The translations under genes were made by a program, and so were the position numbers. Below the pieces are notes generated by a model that searched no databases, was not told the DNA's origin, and worked only from the letters and a program-made list of their open reading frames with translations. Shown one piece after another: positions 49,770 to 59,378 of a stretch of 64,000 nt of DNA; position 1 is the first letter of the stretch; every line of letters starts with the position of its first letter. Origin of the DNA: Hyphomicrobiales bacterium (lineage in GTDB: Bacteria; Pseudomonadota; Alphaproteobacteria; Rhizobiales; Hyphomicrobiaceae); NCBI GenBank assembly GCA_031367895.1, contig JANLQP010000104.1, positions 6,375 through 70,374 on the forward strand. Direction: 5' to 3'.

Positions 49770-50003
49770 TCAGTCCTTGGTTAGCGATCCGTAGCGTTGC
49801 CTTTCACGCTTCCGAATGGTTTCGGCCACGCCGAGCCAGGCCCAACAGCGCCCAGCGTCGCCGCCGAGCGAGTGGAACGTCGAGAAGAACTCGGCGACGT
49901 CGACGGCGTGGAAGCCGTGCCGGCCTTCCAACACGCAGGCCATCGATTCGACATCGGCGGGAGTGGGCGTTGCGTCTTCGTCCGGGTGCCAGGTCGCAGC
50001 CAT
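49770..50003 (-). CDS. Hypothetical protein (77 aa)
   Basis: The internal ATG at 50003 of the 126-aa ORF gives MAATWHPDEDATPTPADVE.... Weak RBS, and I recognise no family. Confidence 0.3.
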   Translation of the reverse strand: MAATWHPDEDATPTPADVESMACVLEGRHGFHAVDVAEFFSTFHSLGGDAGRCWAWLGVAETIRKRERQRYGSLTKD

Positions 50004-50232
50004 TGTCTGAAGCTCTTTGTCGCTGTTGCTCTGGCCTGGACAAGAGCAAGATCGGCGCCAGTTTCGGGCCGTGCCGCATTGAAAGTCGGCAGTTCCACAG
50101 GCGGCGAAGTTGGCACAGCCTGTAACTTGCGCTTGGCTCTGACGTGCCAATACGGCACACTACAGGCTGATTGATTTGCGAATGCCGCCCTGGATGTGAC
50201 TTGCCCGGGCGCTCCAATGAGGGAGTGCTGCC

Positions 50233-50505
50233 ATGCCGTGGACGTTCCGGATTGCTTTGGCCGCCGTGATGGCCTTGGCCGCATTGCCTGGCCCGGCGCT
50301 GAGCCAGTGGGTCGTGACTCCACCGACGCCGCCCAGCGAATGGCGCTCGATCGAGGTTCCAATGTCGCAGCCGCGCGATCCCGCGACGGCCGGCCAGGGG
50401 TCGCCGGGCGCATCAAACGACGGTAGCGATGACAACGGGAACGCCGCGCAGCAGCCGAATGCCGGTTGCCCTTATCAAGAGCGTAGGCTGGAGTTGCTGG
50501 TCTGA
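50233..50505 (+). CDS. Small secreted protein (90 aa), unknown function
   Basis: GAGGGAG RBS 8 nt upstream. Signal peptide MPWTFRIALAAVMALAALPGPALSQ. Low-complexity mature part. Confidence 0.45.
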   Translation: MPWTFRIALAAVMALAALPGPALSQWVVTPPTPPSEWRSIEVPMSQPRDPATAGQGSPGASNDGSDDNGNAAQQPNAGCPYQERRLELLV

Positions 50506-50599
50506 TGATTAATTCGGAACCGTCAGCGATTTCGACATTCAGGGCGAGACCGAGCACGCCCACGGCAGAGACGAAATCGATCACTGTCCCGCTTTAAAC

Positions 50600-51667
50600 C
50601 TACTCCGCAGCCTTCGGCTGAGCGCGGCTGGCGGCCTTTTGCTTCGCTGGCGGCGGCGTGGAGCCGGTTTCGGTCGCGGCTTTGGCGGCCTTTGCTTTCC
50701 CGGCCTTGTCTTTCGCGCTGGCGACCGCTTGACCGGCCTTCTTCTTGGCGACGGGCCGCTTGCGGGCACCGCATTCCCAGCCGGTCACCGTTTGCCGCAT
50801 GCTCTGCACGCCCTTGGCGTCGGCGGGGATCGGCAGGTTATCGATTGTCGGCGGCGAGTTGAAAAGCAGTTTCCACCCTTGTGCCTGGAAGCCGTGATCG
50901 AGCAGGCTCGCGGCGCGAATGCTGCGCTCGCGGCCAGAGGGTTCGCCGAGTACCACGGCGACCAGCTTGCGGCCGTCGCGCGTGGCGCTGGAGACGACAT
51001 TGAAGCCACTGTCGCAGATGAAGCCGGTCTTGATGCCGTCCGCGCCCTCGAAGGTTTTCAGCAGGTGATTGTGCGTTGCGAGCTTGAGCTTGCCGATCTG
51101 CACCTCCGGCAGCGTCCAGAGCGGAGCATGCTCGGGGAAATCGCGCAGTATCGCGCGTGAAAGCCGGGCAAGGTCGCGGGCTGTGGTCACCTGCTCGGGC
51201 GCCGGCAAGCCATTCGGGTTGACGAACTTGGTCCGCGTCATGCCAAGGCGCAGCGCGGTGTCGTTCATCAGTTTGACGAAGTTCTCTTCCGAGCCGCCGA
51301 TGGCCTCGGCCAGCATGACGGCAACGTCGTTCGCCGACTTCACGATCACCGCCTTGATGGCGAGATCGACGGTCATCTCGGCGCCGACGGGCAATCCGAC
51401 CTTGCTCGGCGGCTGGACGAAGGCGTGCTGGCTGACCGGGATCTTCTGTTCGAGCGTGATGCGACCTGTCTTCAGCGCCTCGAACGTCAGATAGGCGGTC
51501 ATGATCTTGGTTAGCGATGCCGGATGCCAGAGATTGTCCTGGTCCTCGGCATAGAAAATGCGGCCGGTCGCTGGTTCGAACAGCAGTGCAGGCCCGGCAA
51601 CAGCCGTCGCCGCGGCGAGGCCCGCAAGCAGGACACCCGAAAGGCAGGCAGCGATTTTGGCGCGCAT
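50600..51667 (-). CDS. D-alanyl-D-alanine carboxypeptidase (PBP5/6-type serine hydrolase) with a Lys/Ala-rich C-terminal tail
   Basis: Signal peptide, then SxxK (ASLTK), SxN (SAND) and KTG (IKTGF) motifs. Starts at MRAKIAACL. Confidence 0.9.
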   Translation of the reverse strand: MRAKIAACLSGVLLAGLAAATAVAGPALLFEPATGRIFYAEDQDNLWHPASLTKIMTAYLTFEALKTGRITLEQKIPVSQHAFVQPPSKVGLPVGAEMTVDLAIKAVIVKSANDVAVMLAEAIGGSEENFVKLMNDTALRLGMTRTKFVNPNGLPAPEQVTTARDLARLSRAILRDFPEHAPLWTLPEVQIGKLKLATHNHLLKTFEGADGIKTGFICDSGFNVVSSATRDGRKLVAVVLGEPSGRERSIRAASLLDHGFQAQGWKLLFNSPPTIDNLPIPADAKGVQSMRQTVTGWECGARKRPVAKKKAGQAVASAKDKAGKAKAAKAATETGSTPPPAKQKAASRAQPKAAE

Positions 51668-51886
51668 CGGGTTTTCCGCTGAATTTCTCTCGAACGAATC
51701 ACGGCATTCACGACAACGGAACGCCTTATACATGAACGGCTTAGTCCCGGCGAGCCGGGATTAGGCGGTTGGATTCGGACATTCCCTTGCGGTATCGCCA
51801 CCGCATCGCTGCCTCCAGCTCCCCGTTTGCCAAGTCGCGTCGACGAAATGATGGCAAGCGCGTTGGCTGCAACTCGAGCGCTGGTA

Positions 51887-52162
51887 TCACTCGATCTTGA
51901 AGCGTTCCCGCAGTTGCTCGAAGAGCCCGGCCGGCCCCCAGTGGCGCATCGCCTGGTCCCAATCGCTGGCGGTCTCGGCGAGCCAAGCGCAAACGCTGTT
52001 CGACGGCAGGCTTTGCGTCCATTTGGCAAGCCCGGCCGAATTGAACACCACCAGCATTGCAACGGCGATCAGACCGATCTTCAGGGCATCCCGGGTCCGG
52101 CCGGGTGTCATGCCCCTTTCGAGTTCCAGGGCGCCCCATTTCTGTTCCGTTGGCTGCTGCAT
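51887..52162 (-). CDS. Small membrane protein (91 aa) coupled to the MBOAT gene
   Basis: ATG at 52162 lies 11 nt after the MBOAT stop, with GAGGA 8 nt upstream. One TM segment (LKIGLIAVAMLVVFNSAGL). Confidence 0.45.
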   Translation of the reverse strand: MQQPTEQKWGALELERGMTPGRTRDALKIGLIAVAMLVVFNSAGLAKWTQSLPSNSVCAWLAETASDWDQAMRHWGPAGLFEQLRERFKIE

Positions 52163-52173
52163 GGAATTCGTCC

Positions 52174-53625
52174 TCAGAACTGGAAGTAGATGAAAGCCGC
52201 CGTGCCGTCGCCGCCGATGATCTCGAAGGTGAGCAGCAACAACCCCGCGATGACACCGACCACCCAGACCGGCAGGCGCTGATAGAGCCGATCCAAGCGT
52301 TCGAGCAGATCGGGCGGCGTGAACTGAATGGCGAGACCGAAGGCAATGAGGCTCACGAGGAACGGCGTGACCAGCGTCGCCGGACTGGTGAGACGCCCAA
52401 GGCCCGCCAGCACCTCGATCGCCCGCGGCACGTTTTCGGCGCGGAAAAAGATCCAGCAAAAGCAGACGAAGTGGAAGATCGCGAGCACCGCCACGAAGCG
52501 CCGCCACAATGGCCGCTCCGGCATCGGCGGTCCAGCGGCAGCCCCGCGCACGTTCGAGATCGCCCGCTCGGCGGCTAGCATGCCACCGTGCAGCGCCCCC
52601 CAGATGACGAACTTCCAGGCCGCGCCATGCCAGATGCCGCCGAGCACCATCGTCAGCAACAGGTTGCGATTGGTCCGCCAGCCGCCGCCACGATTTCCCC
52701 CGAGCGGGATGTAGAGATAGTCGCGCAGCCAACTCGACAGCGACAAATGCCAGCGCCGCCAGAAATCGCTGAGCGACATGGCGCGGTAGGGCTGGTTGAA
52801 ATTGCGCTGGAACCGGTAGCCGAGCAGGGCCGCGACGCCGATGGCGATGTCGCTGTAGGCCGAAAAATCGCAGTAGATCTGCACCGCGTAACCGTAGACC
52901 GCAGCCGTCAGATCAATCGCACCGAAGGCCGTCGGGTCGAAGAACGCCTTGTCGACGAGATGCACCGCCAGCCAGTGCGCGATGACGGCCTTTTTGAACA
53001 CGCCCCACAGGATCAGCAGCATGCCGAGCCCGACGAACACGCGTTCCGGGTTCGGCGGCTTTTCCAGTTGCGGCAGAAAACTTGCCGCTCGCACAATCGG
53101 CCCGGCAACGAGATGCGGGAAGAACGAGATGAAGAACATCACGTCGATCAGCGGCCGGGCACGGTCGAGATCACCGCGGTGCAGATCGACGATGTAGGAG
53201 ATGCCCTGGAACGTGAAGAACGAGATGCCGACCGGCAGAACGATCTCGAAGAGCGGGATTTCGCGCGCAAGGCCGGCCGCGCGCAGCAGCGTGTTCATTT
53301 CCTCCGCGAACCAGCCGAAATACTTGAAGAAGCCGAGCACCACAAGATTGAGCGCGACGCCGGCAGCGACAATGCGGGATTGGACGATGCGGGATTGTTT
53401 GTCGGGACCGCGGAACGCCTCGATCAGGCGAGCCGTACCCCAATTGAGCAAGACGCTCGCAAACAGCAGGAATGCCAGCTTCCAGTTCCAGAAGGCATAG
53501 AAGAAATAGCTGGCCGCAATGATGACCAGCTTGTGCATTGTGTGGTGGCCGAGCAGCACCGCCCCCCAGGACAGCGGCCAGACCACCAGGTAGAACAGTA
53601 GGAACGACAGCGTCGGAAAGACCAC
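52174..53625 (-). CDS. MBOAT family O-acyltransferase (AlgI/PatA-like)
   Basis: GTG start at 53625 (VVFPTLSFLLFYL, the typical MBOAT N-terminus), 19 nt after the upstream stop, with GGAAAGGG as RBS. Signature FWRRWHLSLSSWLRDYLYIPLGGNRGG. Confidence 0.9.
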   Translation of the reverse strand: MVFPTLSFLLFYLVVWPLSWGAVLLGHHTMHKLVIIAASYFFYAFWNWKLAFLLFASVLLNWGTARLIEAFRGPDKQSRIVQSRIVAAGVALNLVVLGFFKYFGWFAEEMNTLLRAAGLAREIPLFEIVLPVGISFFTFQGISYIVDLHRGDLDRARPLIDVMFFISFFPHLVAGPIVRAASFLPQLEKPPNPERVFVGLGMLLILWGVFKKAVIAHWLAVHLVDKAFFDPTAFGAIDLTAAVYGYAVQIYCDFSAYSDIAIGVAALLGYRFQRNFNQPYRAMSLSDFWRRWHLSLSSWLRDYLYIPLGGNRGGGWRTNRNLLLTMVLGGIWHGAAWKFVIWGALHGGMLAAERAISNVRGAAAGPPMPERPLWRRFVAVLAIFHFVCFCWIFFRAENVPRAIEVLAGLGRLTSPATLVTPFLVSLIAFGLAIQFTPPDLLERLDRLYQRLPVWVVGVIAGLLLLTFEIIGGDGTAAFIYFQF

Positions 53626-53644
53626 GTTTGCCCAACCCTTTCCG

Positions 53645-55180
53645 TCAGCGTTTCGGTGGCGGATAACCAGCCAGCAACCGCGCGTAGAGCTGATCTGCCG
53701 CCCGCCAATAGCCATCCTGCTTGAAATGCACCCGGTCCTTGTGCGCAAGCCCCTGCCGGAACCAGCGGTCGGCACCACATTCGGTCTCGAACAGCGCGAA
53801 CCAATCGTAGAAAAGGGCACCCTGGCGTGCTGCAACCTCACGCTGCAGTGCGCGCACGACAGGAATCGCGGGTGGCGTATGCCAGCGGCAGAGGCGCCGG
53901 TCCTTGTCCGCCAGCATCTGCTCATAGGCTTGCCGTTCCGCGACGTCGAGCGTCTGGCAGATGGCGTCGGCCGGTGGTTCAGGCGGTGGCGGGCGCACGA
54001 TCTTGGTTCGCACGCCGCCGCCATTTGCGGCTCCTGACGGCGCGACCTGTATCGGCCCGGACGGTAGGTCGGCGGCGGCCGCTCCGCTGCCGCCAGGTGC
54101 GGGCGTTGCTCGCGATGATGCGGACATTTCAGGCTGCAACGATGCAATTGGCGGCGTTGGCGGCAGGCAGAACCGAGGATAGCGATTTGCGTCCGGCGTG
54201 CCGACGACGACCAGCGAGGCATTGGGTGCTGCGACCTTCAGCGCGGCCAGTCGCTCCTCCAGCTGCCGTGCATAGCGCGCCTCGATGCTGCCGACCGGGG
54301 CATGTCCCTCGTTGGTGCCGAACGCGACGATGATCAGCGCCGGATCGAGGCTTGCGATCTGGGCGGCGGCACGCGGCCAGTCCCAGCGTGACATGATTGA
54401 GACCTGCGCGCCGATGAAGCCGAGGTTCGACAGCGTCAAGCCGCGCGCCTCACCGAGCAGCGTGTGATCCGTGATCTCGACGGGGCCGTCGCCGTATGTG
54501 CGCAACACGATCCGCTGCACGAGGCGGGGCACGGCGATCCGGTAGCTCTCGGTTCCTGTCTCCGCCGCGGCGGTCGTGATCGCGGAGAGTGGCTGTCCGT
54601 CCGCGTAAATCTCGAACGCACCGCCACCCGGCTGCGTATTGACGCCAATCTCGAACGCCTTCAGCCGGCCAGCGCTGCGATTATCGATCGTGATCATTTC
54701 GTCGGCAGCTGTGGCCCGCGCGACCTGGCCCGAAAGACCAAACGGCACGGCGTCAGGCGTGGTTTTGTTGCTGGTCAGCGTCTTCCAGCCAGCCGATTGC
54801 GCCACCGCGACCTGATGCGGCCGATAGTAGTCATGCGGTGCGCCCGGCGGCAGAAAACCGCGCCCCCCATTGCCGAAACGCAGTTGCAGCAGGGTCCGCA
54901 ACCGGCCCGTGAAGTGATCGGCGGCTGTGTGACTGTCACCGATCTGCAAGATTGCGATGTCGCTGCGCTTGCCCGCGTCGAAGCCCGAGAGGTAGGCGTG
55001 GAACTTGGCCAGCGCCTCGAGATCGCCGGCGTCTGCCGTCCGCGCCGCCGCGGGGCTTGCCAGCGTCTTGCGCCGCGTCACGGATTGCGCTTCAGCTGCC
55101 ACAATCGAGAGGGCGAAGCAGACGAGCACCGTTAACCAGCGGCACATCCCCCCCGCATTGCTCGGCCGGAGCTTGGTCAT
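53645..55180 (-). CDS. SGNH/GDSL hydrolase family protein with inserted domain and Pro/Ala-rich linker
   Basis: 511 aa with a signal peptide. Block I is QIGDSHTA, block III is FGTNE, and the block V-like motif is DRVHF. About 200 aa are inserted between blocks I and III. Confidence 0.75.
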   Translation of the reverse strand: MTKLRPSNAGGMCRWLTVLVCFALSIVAAEAQSVTRRKTLASPAAARTADAGDLEALAKFHAYLSGFDAGKRSDIAILQIGDSHTAADHFTGRLRTLLQLRFGNGGRGFLPPGAPHDYYRPHQVAVAQSAGWKTLTSNKTTPDAVPFGLSGQVARATAADEMITIDNRSAGRLKAFEIGVNTQPGGGAFEIYADGQPLSAITTAAAETGTESYRIAVPRLVQRIVLRTYGDGPVEITDHTLLGEARGLTLSNLGFIGAQVSIMSRWDWPRAAAQIASLDPALIIVAFGTNEGHAPVGSIEARYARQLEERLAALKVAAPNASLVVVGTPDANRYPRFCLPPTPPIASLQPEMSASSRATPAPGGSGAAAADLPSGPIQVAPSGAANGGGVRTKIVRPPPPEPPADAICQTLDVAERQAYEQMLADKDRRLCRWHTPPAIPVVRALQREVAARQGALFYDWFALFETECGADRWFRQGLAHKDRVHFKQDGYWRAADQLYARLLAGYPPPKR

Positions 55181-55905
55181 TCGGCCAGGCTCGCGAAACG
55201 AGGCGACACTTCGCGGAGGCGCTTCATCACTTGGTCGCCGATCAGTTCATAGGCCGGCTGCTCGAAATGTACGCCGTCACTCGCCCGCATCAAGCGTTTC
55301 TGGCCTGAAAGGTCGTTGAAATGCGCCATGTAGGCGCCTTTCTCGTTGGCGGTTATCGTTGCCGTATCGATCAGCGTCACGAACGGACGGCTCTTCGCCG
55401 CCTCGACGATGACACCGTTGACCAAGACCGCATCCCGTGTTGCATCCGCCGTCTTCATGACGGGCAGCAGTATCCAGACCAGCGGCACTTGGCGTTTGCC
55501 GGCGTGATCCATAAATTTCTCGACGCGCCCGCGATAGAGCTCGATCCAGGTCGGCGTGCCGAGCAGAGCCTTTGCCTTGCCGTCGGCGAAAAAGCTGCGC
55601 CGATCGTTGGCGCCGATCATCATGACGATGGCGTGCGCTGGAGCCGCCGCGAACGCCTTGTCGATCAGCTCGGTCAGGTCTGCGCCGGTGAAACCGATTG
55701 AGTTCTTGGCGCCGCGATGCAGCTGATAGCGCTTGTTCGTCTGCAGCAGCTTGTAGAGGCCGCCCCACATGCCGTCGGCAAGACTGTCGCCGACGAGCGC
55801 AATGATGGTCGGGGCGGTCGGTGGCGCCACGCTTTCAGCATGCCCTGTCGGGGGAAAAGACAGGACGAGCGCGAGGAGGCAAACGATGGGGGTGGGCAGG
55901 CGCAT
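55177..55905 (-). CDS. DUF459-type SGNH/GDSL-like hydrolase
   Basis: Start at 55905 with GGAGG 7 nt upstream. Signal peptide, VGDSLADGMWGG (block I) and SDGVHF (block V). ATGA overlap with the next gene. Confidence 0.8.
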   Translation of the reverse strand: MRLPTPIVCLLALVLSFPPTGHAESVAPPTAPTIIALVGDSLADGMWGGLYKLLQTNKRYQLHRGAKNSIGFTGADLTELIDKAFAAAPAHAIVMMIGANDRRSFFADGKAKALLGTPTWIELYRGRVEKFMDHAGKRQVPLVWILLPVMKTADATRDAVLVNGVIVEAAKSRPFVTLIDTATITANEKGAYMAHFNDLSGQKRLMRASDGVHFEQPAYELIGDQVMKRLREVSPRFASLAE

Positions 55906-56377
55906 ACACAAACCTCCGTGCCTCGAGGAAATTCCAGGAGACAATTGCGAACTGGAGAATCACCATCGTTGTAAAGTAGATGGTTCTGTCGGCTCGCGGC
56001 AATTGCAGGCTTGCAACAGCCGGCCGTATTGACACGTGGCGCGCGGCCGGCACCACCGGCTACACGCCTGCCGCAGATTTCGGCATCACCTCGGGACATT
56101 CGGGACAATCGCCTTGCAATCGGCAGCAGTTTGTTGTCCCAATGGCGCGGGGAGCTTCGATCCGATTGGCGGCGGGGCTTGGCCATCGGGTCCGCTGGGG
56201 GTTGACCAGCATTCGGCTTGGCCGGAAGCTGCAGAACCTGTGCAACTAATCGAGCGCTGCATCGGTATCCGCGGCGCAGTTCAATCGCCCCGTCGTCCTG
56301 ACGAAGACTGGTGCCGACGGGTTCTGTCGCCCCGGTCGCAATCCAAACTGGCCCCGCCGGCGCATTGAAGGAGCCCG

Positions 56378-57304
56378 ATGACGTTCTATCTGCCCATTGC
56401 CGAGATGTCCGCCAGCATCTTGCTGTTCGTCGGGATGGGCGCGGCAGTTGGGTTTCTGTCTGGCCTGTTCGGAGTTGGTGGCGGCTTTCTGATGACGCCG
56501 CTGCTGATCTTCTCGGGCGTACCTTCAGCAGTCGCCGTCGGCACCGAAACCGCGCAGATCGTCGCCTCCTCCGTATCGGGGGCGCTGGCGCAGTGGCGAC
56601 GCAACAACATCGACATCAAAATGGGCACCGTGCTGATGACCGGCGGCATCGCCGGCTCGACGCTCGGCGTCTTTGTCGTCAGCGAACTGCGCAAGGCCGG
56701 CCATTTCGAATTCTTCGTGACAATCTGCTACGTCCTGTTCCTCGGCGTCATCGGCTCTCTGATGCTGATCGAGAGCCTGCATGCGATCAACAAGGTCCGT
56801 GCCGGCAAAACCCCCTCCATGCGCCGCCCTGGCCAGCACAACTGGGTGCACGGCCTGCCCTTCAAGATGCGCTTCCACCGCTCGAAGCTCTACATCAGCG
56901 CCATCCCGCCGCTGTTGATCGGATTGTTCGTCGGCATTCTCGCCGGCATCATGGGCGTCGGCGGCGGCTTCATCATCGTGCCGGCGATGATCTACATTCT
57001 GCGCATGCCGACCAACGTCGTCATCGGCACTTCGCTGTTCCAGATCGTGTTCGTCACTGCCGCCACCACCATCATGCACGCCAAGCAGAACTTCACCGTC
57101 GACGTGATTCTGGCATTGCTGCTGATGCTCGGAGGTGTGATCGGGGCCCAATTCGGTGCCGTTGCTGGCGAGCGCCTGAAGGGTGAGCAGCTCCGTTTCC
57201 TGCTGGCGGCGCTGGTGCTGCTCGTCGCAGTGCGGATGGCGTGGAGCCTGATCGCCGACCCGGGCGAGCTGTTCTCGCTGTCCTCCGGCATCAGGGGGCA
57301 TTGA
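56378..57304 (+). CDS. TauE/SafE (DUF81) family anion exporter-like membrane protein
   Basis: 308 aa. GAAGGAG RBS. Two internal repeats with G(V)GGGF motifs. Confidence 0.9.
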   Translation: MTFYLPIAEMSASILLFVGMGAAVGFLSGLFGVGGGFLMTPLLIFSGVPSAVAVGTETAQIVASSVSGALAQWRRNNIDIKMGTVLMTGGIAGSTLGVFVVSELRKAGHFEFFVTICYVLFLGVIGSLMLIESLHAINKVRAGKTPSMRRPGQHNWVHGLPFKMRFHRSKLYISAIPPLLIGLFVGILAGIMGVGGGFIIVPAMIYILRMPTNVVIGTSLFQIVFVTAATTIMHAKQNFTVDVILALLLMLGGVIGAQFGAVAGERLKGEQLRFLLAALVLLVAVRMAWSLIADPGELFSLSSGIRGH

Positions 57305-58221
57305 TGCAACGCTTCGCCAGCCCGCCCCGATTGCTCGCCGGCCTCGGGGCGCTGTGCGTGCTGCTGTCGCTGTCGCTGCTGGCCGCCGATGCCATCGCTC
57401 AACAACGCCGCGAGCGCGCCACGCCGGTGCCGGGCCTCGAACGGGCGCAGCCAGCGCCGCGCCAGGGCGATCCCGCGACGCCCGGCGCGCAATTGCCGCG
57501 CGAGACCGTGCAGGCCGACGTCTCGACCCGCCGTGTCGCCATCACATCGAGCTTTGCCGGCACCGAAATCGTGGTCTTCGGCGCCGTCGACAACAGCCGT
57601 CAGACCAGCCCCGAAGCCGGCCTCTACGATATCGTGACGGTAGTCACCGGCACGCCGACGCGTCTCGTTGCGCGCAAGAAAAACCGCGTGCTCGGCATCT
57701 GGCTCAACACCGACAAGCTCGAATTCCAGAGCGTGCCGAGCTACTACGCCATCGCCGCGACGCGCCCGCTCGACGAGGTGGCGTCCGAGGAGGTGCTGAA
57801 ATCATCCGGCATCGGCTTCCAGTACGTGCCGATGATTCTGGGCAAAGGCGAAGCCGAAGCGCGGTCGGCGGCCGAAATTAAGGAGTTCCGCGATGCGATC
57901 GTGCGCCTGAAGCGCAAAGAGAAGCTCTACAGCCTCGATGAATTCAGCGTCAGTTTCATCGGTCGCAGCCTCTTTCGTGCCGCCGTCGACGTGCCGGCGA
58001 ATGTGACGATCGGCTCTTTCGAGACGCGTGTCTTCCTGTTCCGCAACCGCGAACTGCTGCACCAGTACACGGCGCGGCTCGACCTCGAGCGCGAGGGCCT
58101 GGAAGACGCGCTGCACGCCTTCGCGTTCGGCTATCCGCTGCTCTACGGCATCTCGACGGTGCTGCTGGCGCTGGGCTCCGGCCTGCTGGCATCGTCGATC
58201 TTCCGTAAGGGCGCGCATTGA
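57304..58221 (+). CDS. TIGR02186 (Alph_Pro_TM) family membrane protein
   Basis: Its start overlaps the TauE stop (TGATG). Signal peptide plus a C-terminal TM segment. This matches my recollection of the alphaproteobacterial family usually found next to DUF81. Confidence 0.75.
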   Translation: MQRFASPPRLLAGLGALCVLLSLSLLAADAIAQQRRERATPVPGLERAQPAPRQGDPATPGAQLPRETVQADVSTRRVAITSSFAGTEIVVFGAVDNSRQTSPEAGLYDIVTVVTGTPTRLVARKKNRVLGIWLNTDKLEFQSVPSYYAIAATRPLDEVASEEVLKSSGIGFQYVPMILGKGEAEARSAAEIKEFRDAIVRLKRKEKLYSLDEFSVSFIGRSLFRAAVDVPANVTIGSFETRVFLFRNRELLHQYTARLDLEREGLEDALHAFAFGYPLLYGISTVLLALGSGLLASSIFRKGAH

Positions 58222-58354
58222 CGGCCCCTTGCAAGAGACCGCGAAAGCAGCGTTCGCTCGTCTCGCATCGCGCGCGCAAAAACAGCGGCAGCAGTTGCCG
58301 CACGGACTGCGATCACAGATCGCAAGCGAACCACATTTTTGAGGAGGATCTTCC

Positions 58355-59344
58355 TTGAGTGAGCGGGTTCTCGTTACCGGGGGCGCGGGCTTCATCGGCT
58401 CGCACGTCGCCATGGCCTTGGCCAAGGCCGGCCGCCAGCCTGTGGTCTACGACAGTCTCTCGCGCGGCAATCGCAAGGCCGTGCAATTCGGACCGTTGGA
58501 GGAGGGCGATGTCCGCGATGTCGAGCGGCTGACGGCCGCGATGAAACGGCACCGGATTGCCGGCGTCATCCATATGGCGGCATTCGCCTACGTGCGAGAA
58601 TCGGTCGAAAACCCTCTCCTCTATTATGACAACAACGTCATCGGCTCGATCCGCCTGGTGCAGGCCATGCAGGCCGCTGGCGTCGGCCGCATCGTGTTCT
58701 CGTCGACCTGCGCGATCTACGGCATGCCCTCCCGGCTCCCGATCGAAGAAACCGACGCGACGCTTCCGATCAGTCCCTATGGTGCGTCAAAGTTGATGAT
58801 GGAGCGCGTGCTGGCCGACGCCGAGCCGCGTGGTATCCATTCGGTCTCGCTGCGCTACTTCAATGCTGCTGGCTCCGATCCGGAGGGCCGCATCGGCGAG
58901 TGGCACCTGCCGGAGACGCACATCATACCCTCGGCACTGATGGCGGCGCGCGGCGAGATTCCCGCGCTCACCCTCTTCGGCGACCGTCACCCGACACCTG
59001 ACGGCACCACAATCCGCGACTACGTCCACGTCCAGGATCTGGCTGACGCCCACGTGCATGCGTTGGACTACCTCGGCCGTGGCGGCAAGAGCGACATCTT
59101 CAACCTCGGCGGCGGCAACGGCCATTCCATCCGTGATATCGTTGCAAGCGTCCAACGTGTCACCGGGCTCGGTGTGCCGCACAAAGTTGTCGCGGCCAAC
59201 CCTGGCGACCCGCCGATCTTGGTCGCCAGCGGCGACAAGGCGCGGCGGACACTCGGGTTCGCGCCGAAGCTGACCCGGCTCGACGACATGATCGCGCACG
59301 CCTGGGTATGGCGGCAAAAGGCGCAAGCTGCATATGGGAGTTGA
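58355..59344 (+). CDS. galE: UDP-glucose 4-epimerase
   Basis: TTG start with GAGGAGGA 6 nt upstream. VTGGAGFIGSH and YGASK motifs. 329 aa. Confidence 0.9.
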   Translation: MSERVLVTGGAGFIGSHVAMALAKAGRQPVVYDSLSRGNRKAVQFGPLEEGDVRDVERLTAAMKRHRIAGVIHMAAFAYVRESVENPLLYYDNNVIGSIRLVQAMQAAGVGRIVFSSTCAIYGMPSRLPIEETDATLPISPYGASKLMMERVLADAEPRGIHSVSLRYFNAAGSDPEGRIGEWHLPETHIIPSALMAARGEIPALTLFGDRHPTPDGTTIRDYVHVQDLADAHVHALDYLGRGGKSDIFNLGGGNGHSIRDIVASVQRVTGLGVPHKVVAANPGDPPILVASGDKARRTLGFAPKLTRLDDMIAHAWVWRQKAQAAYGS

Positions 59345-59378
59345 ACGCGCGCGCGATCTCGTCGCGAGTCTGAGGTTT

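Noticed and set aside
52174-54222. 682-aa version of the MBOAT ORF. The same issue affects the 403-aa version of the SDR at 33404..34615 and the 281-aa ORF at 51887..52732.
   Set aside because: The N-terminal extensions overlap upstream genes that have strong family signals, and they are Arg/Pro-rich. Internal starts with an RBS and the typical family N-termini fit better.
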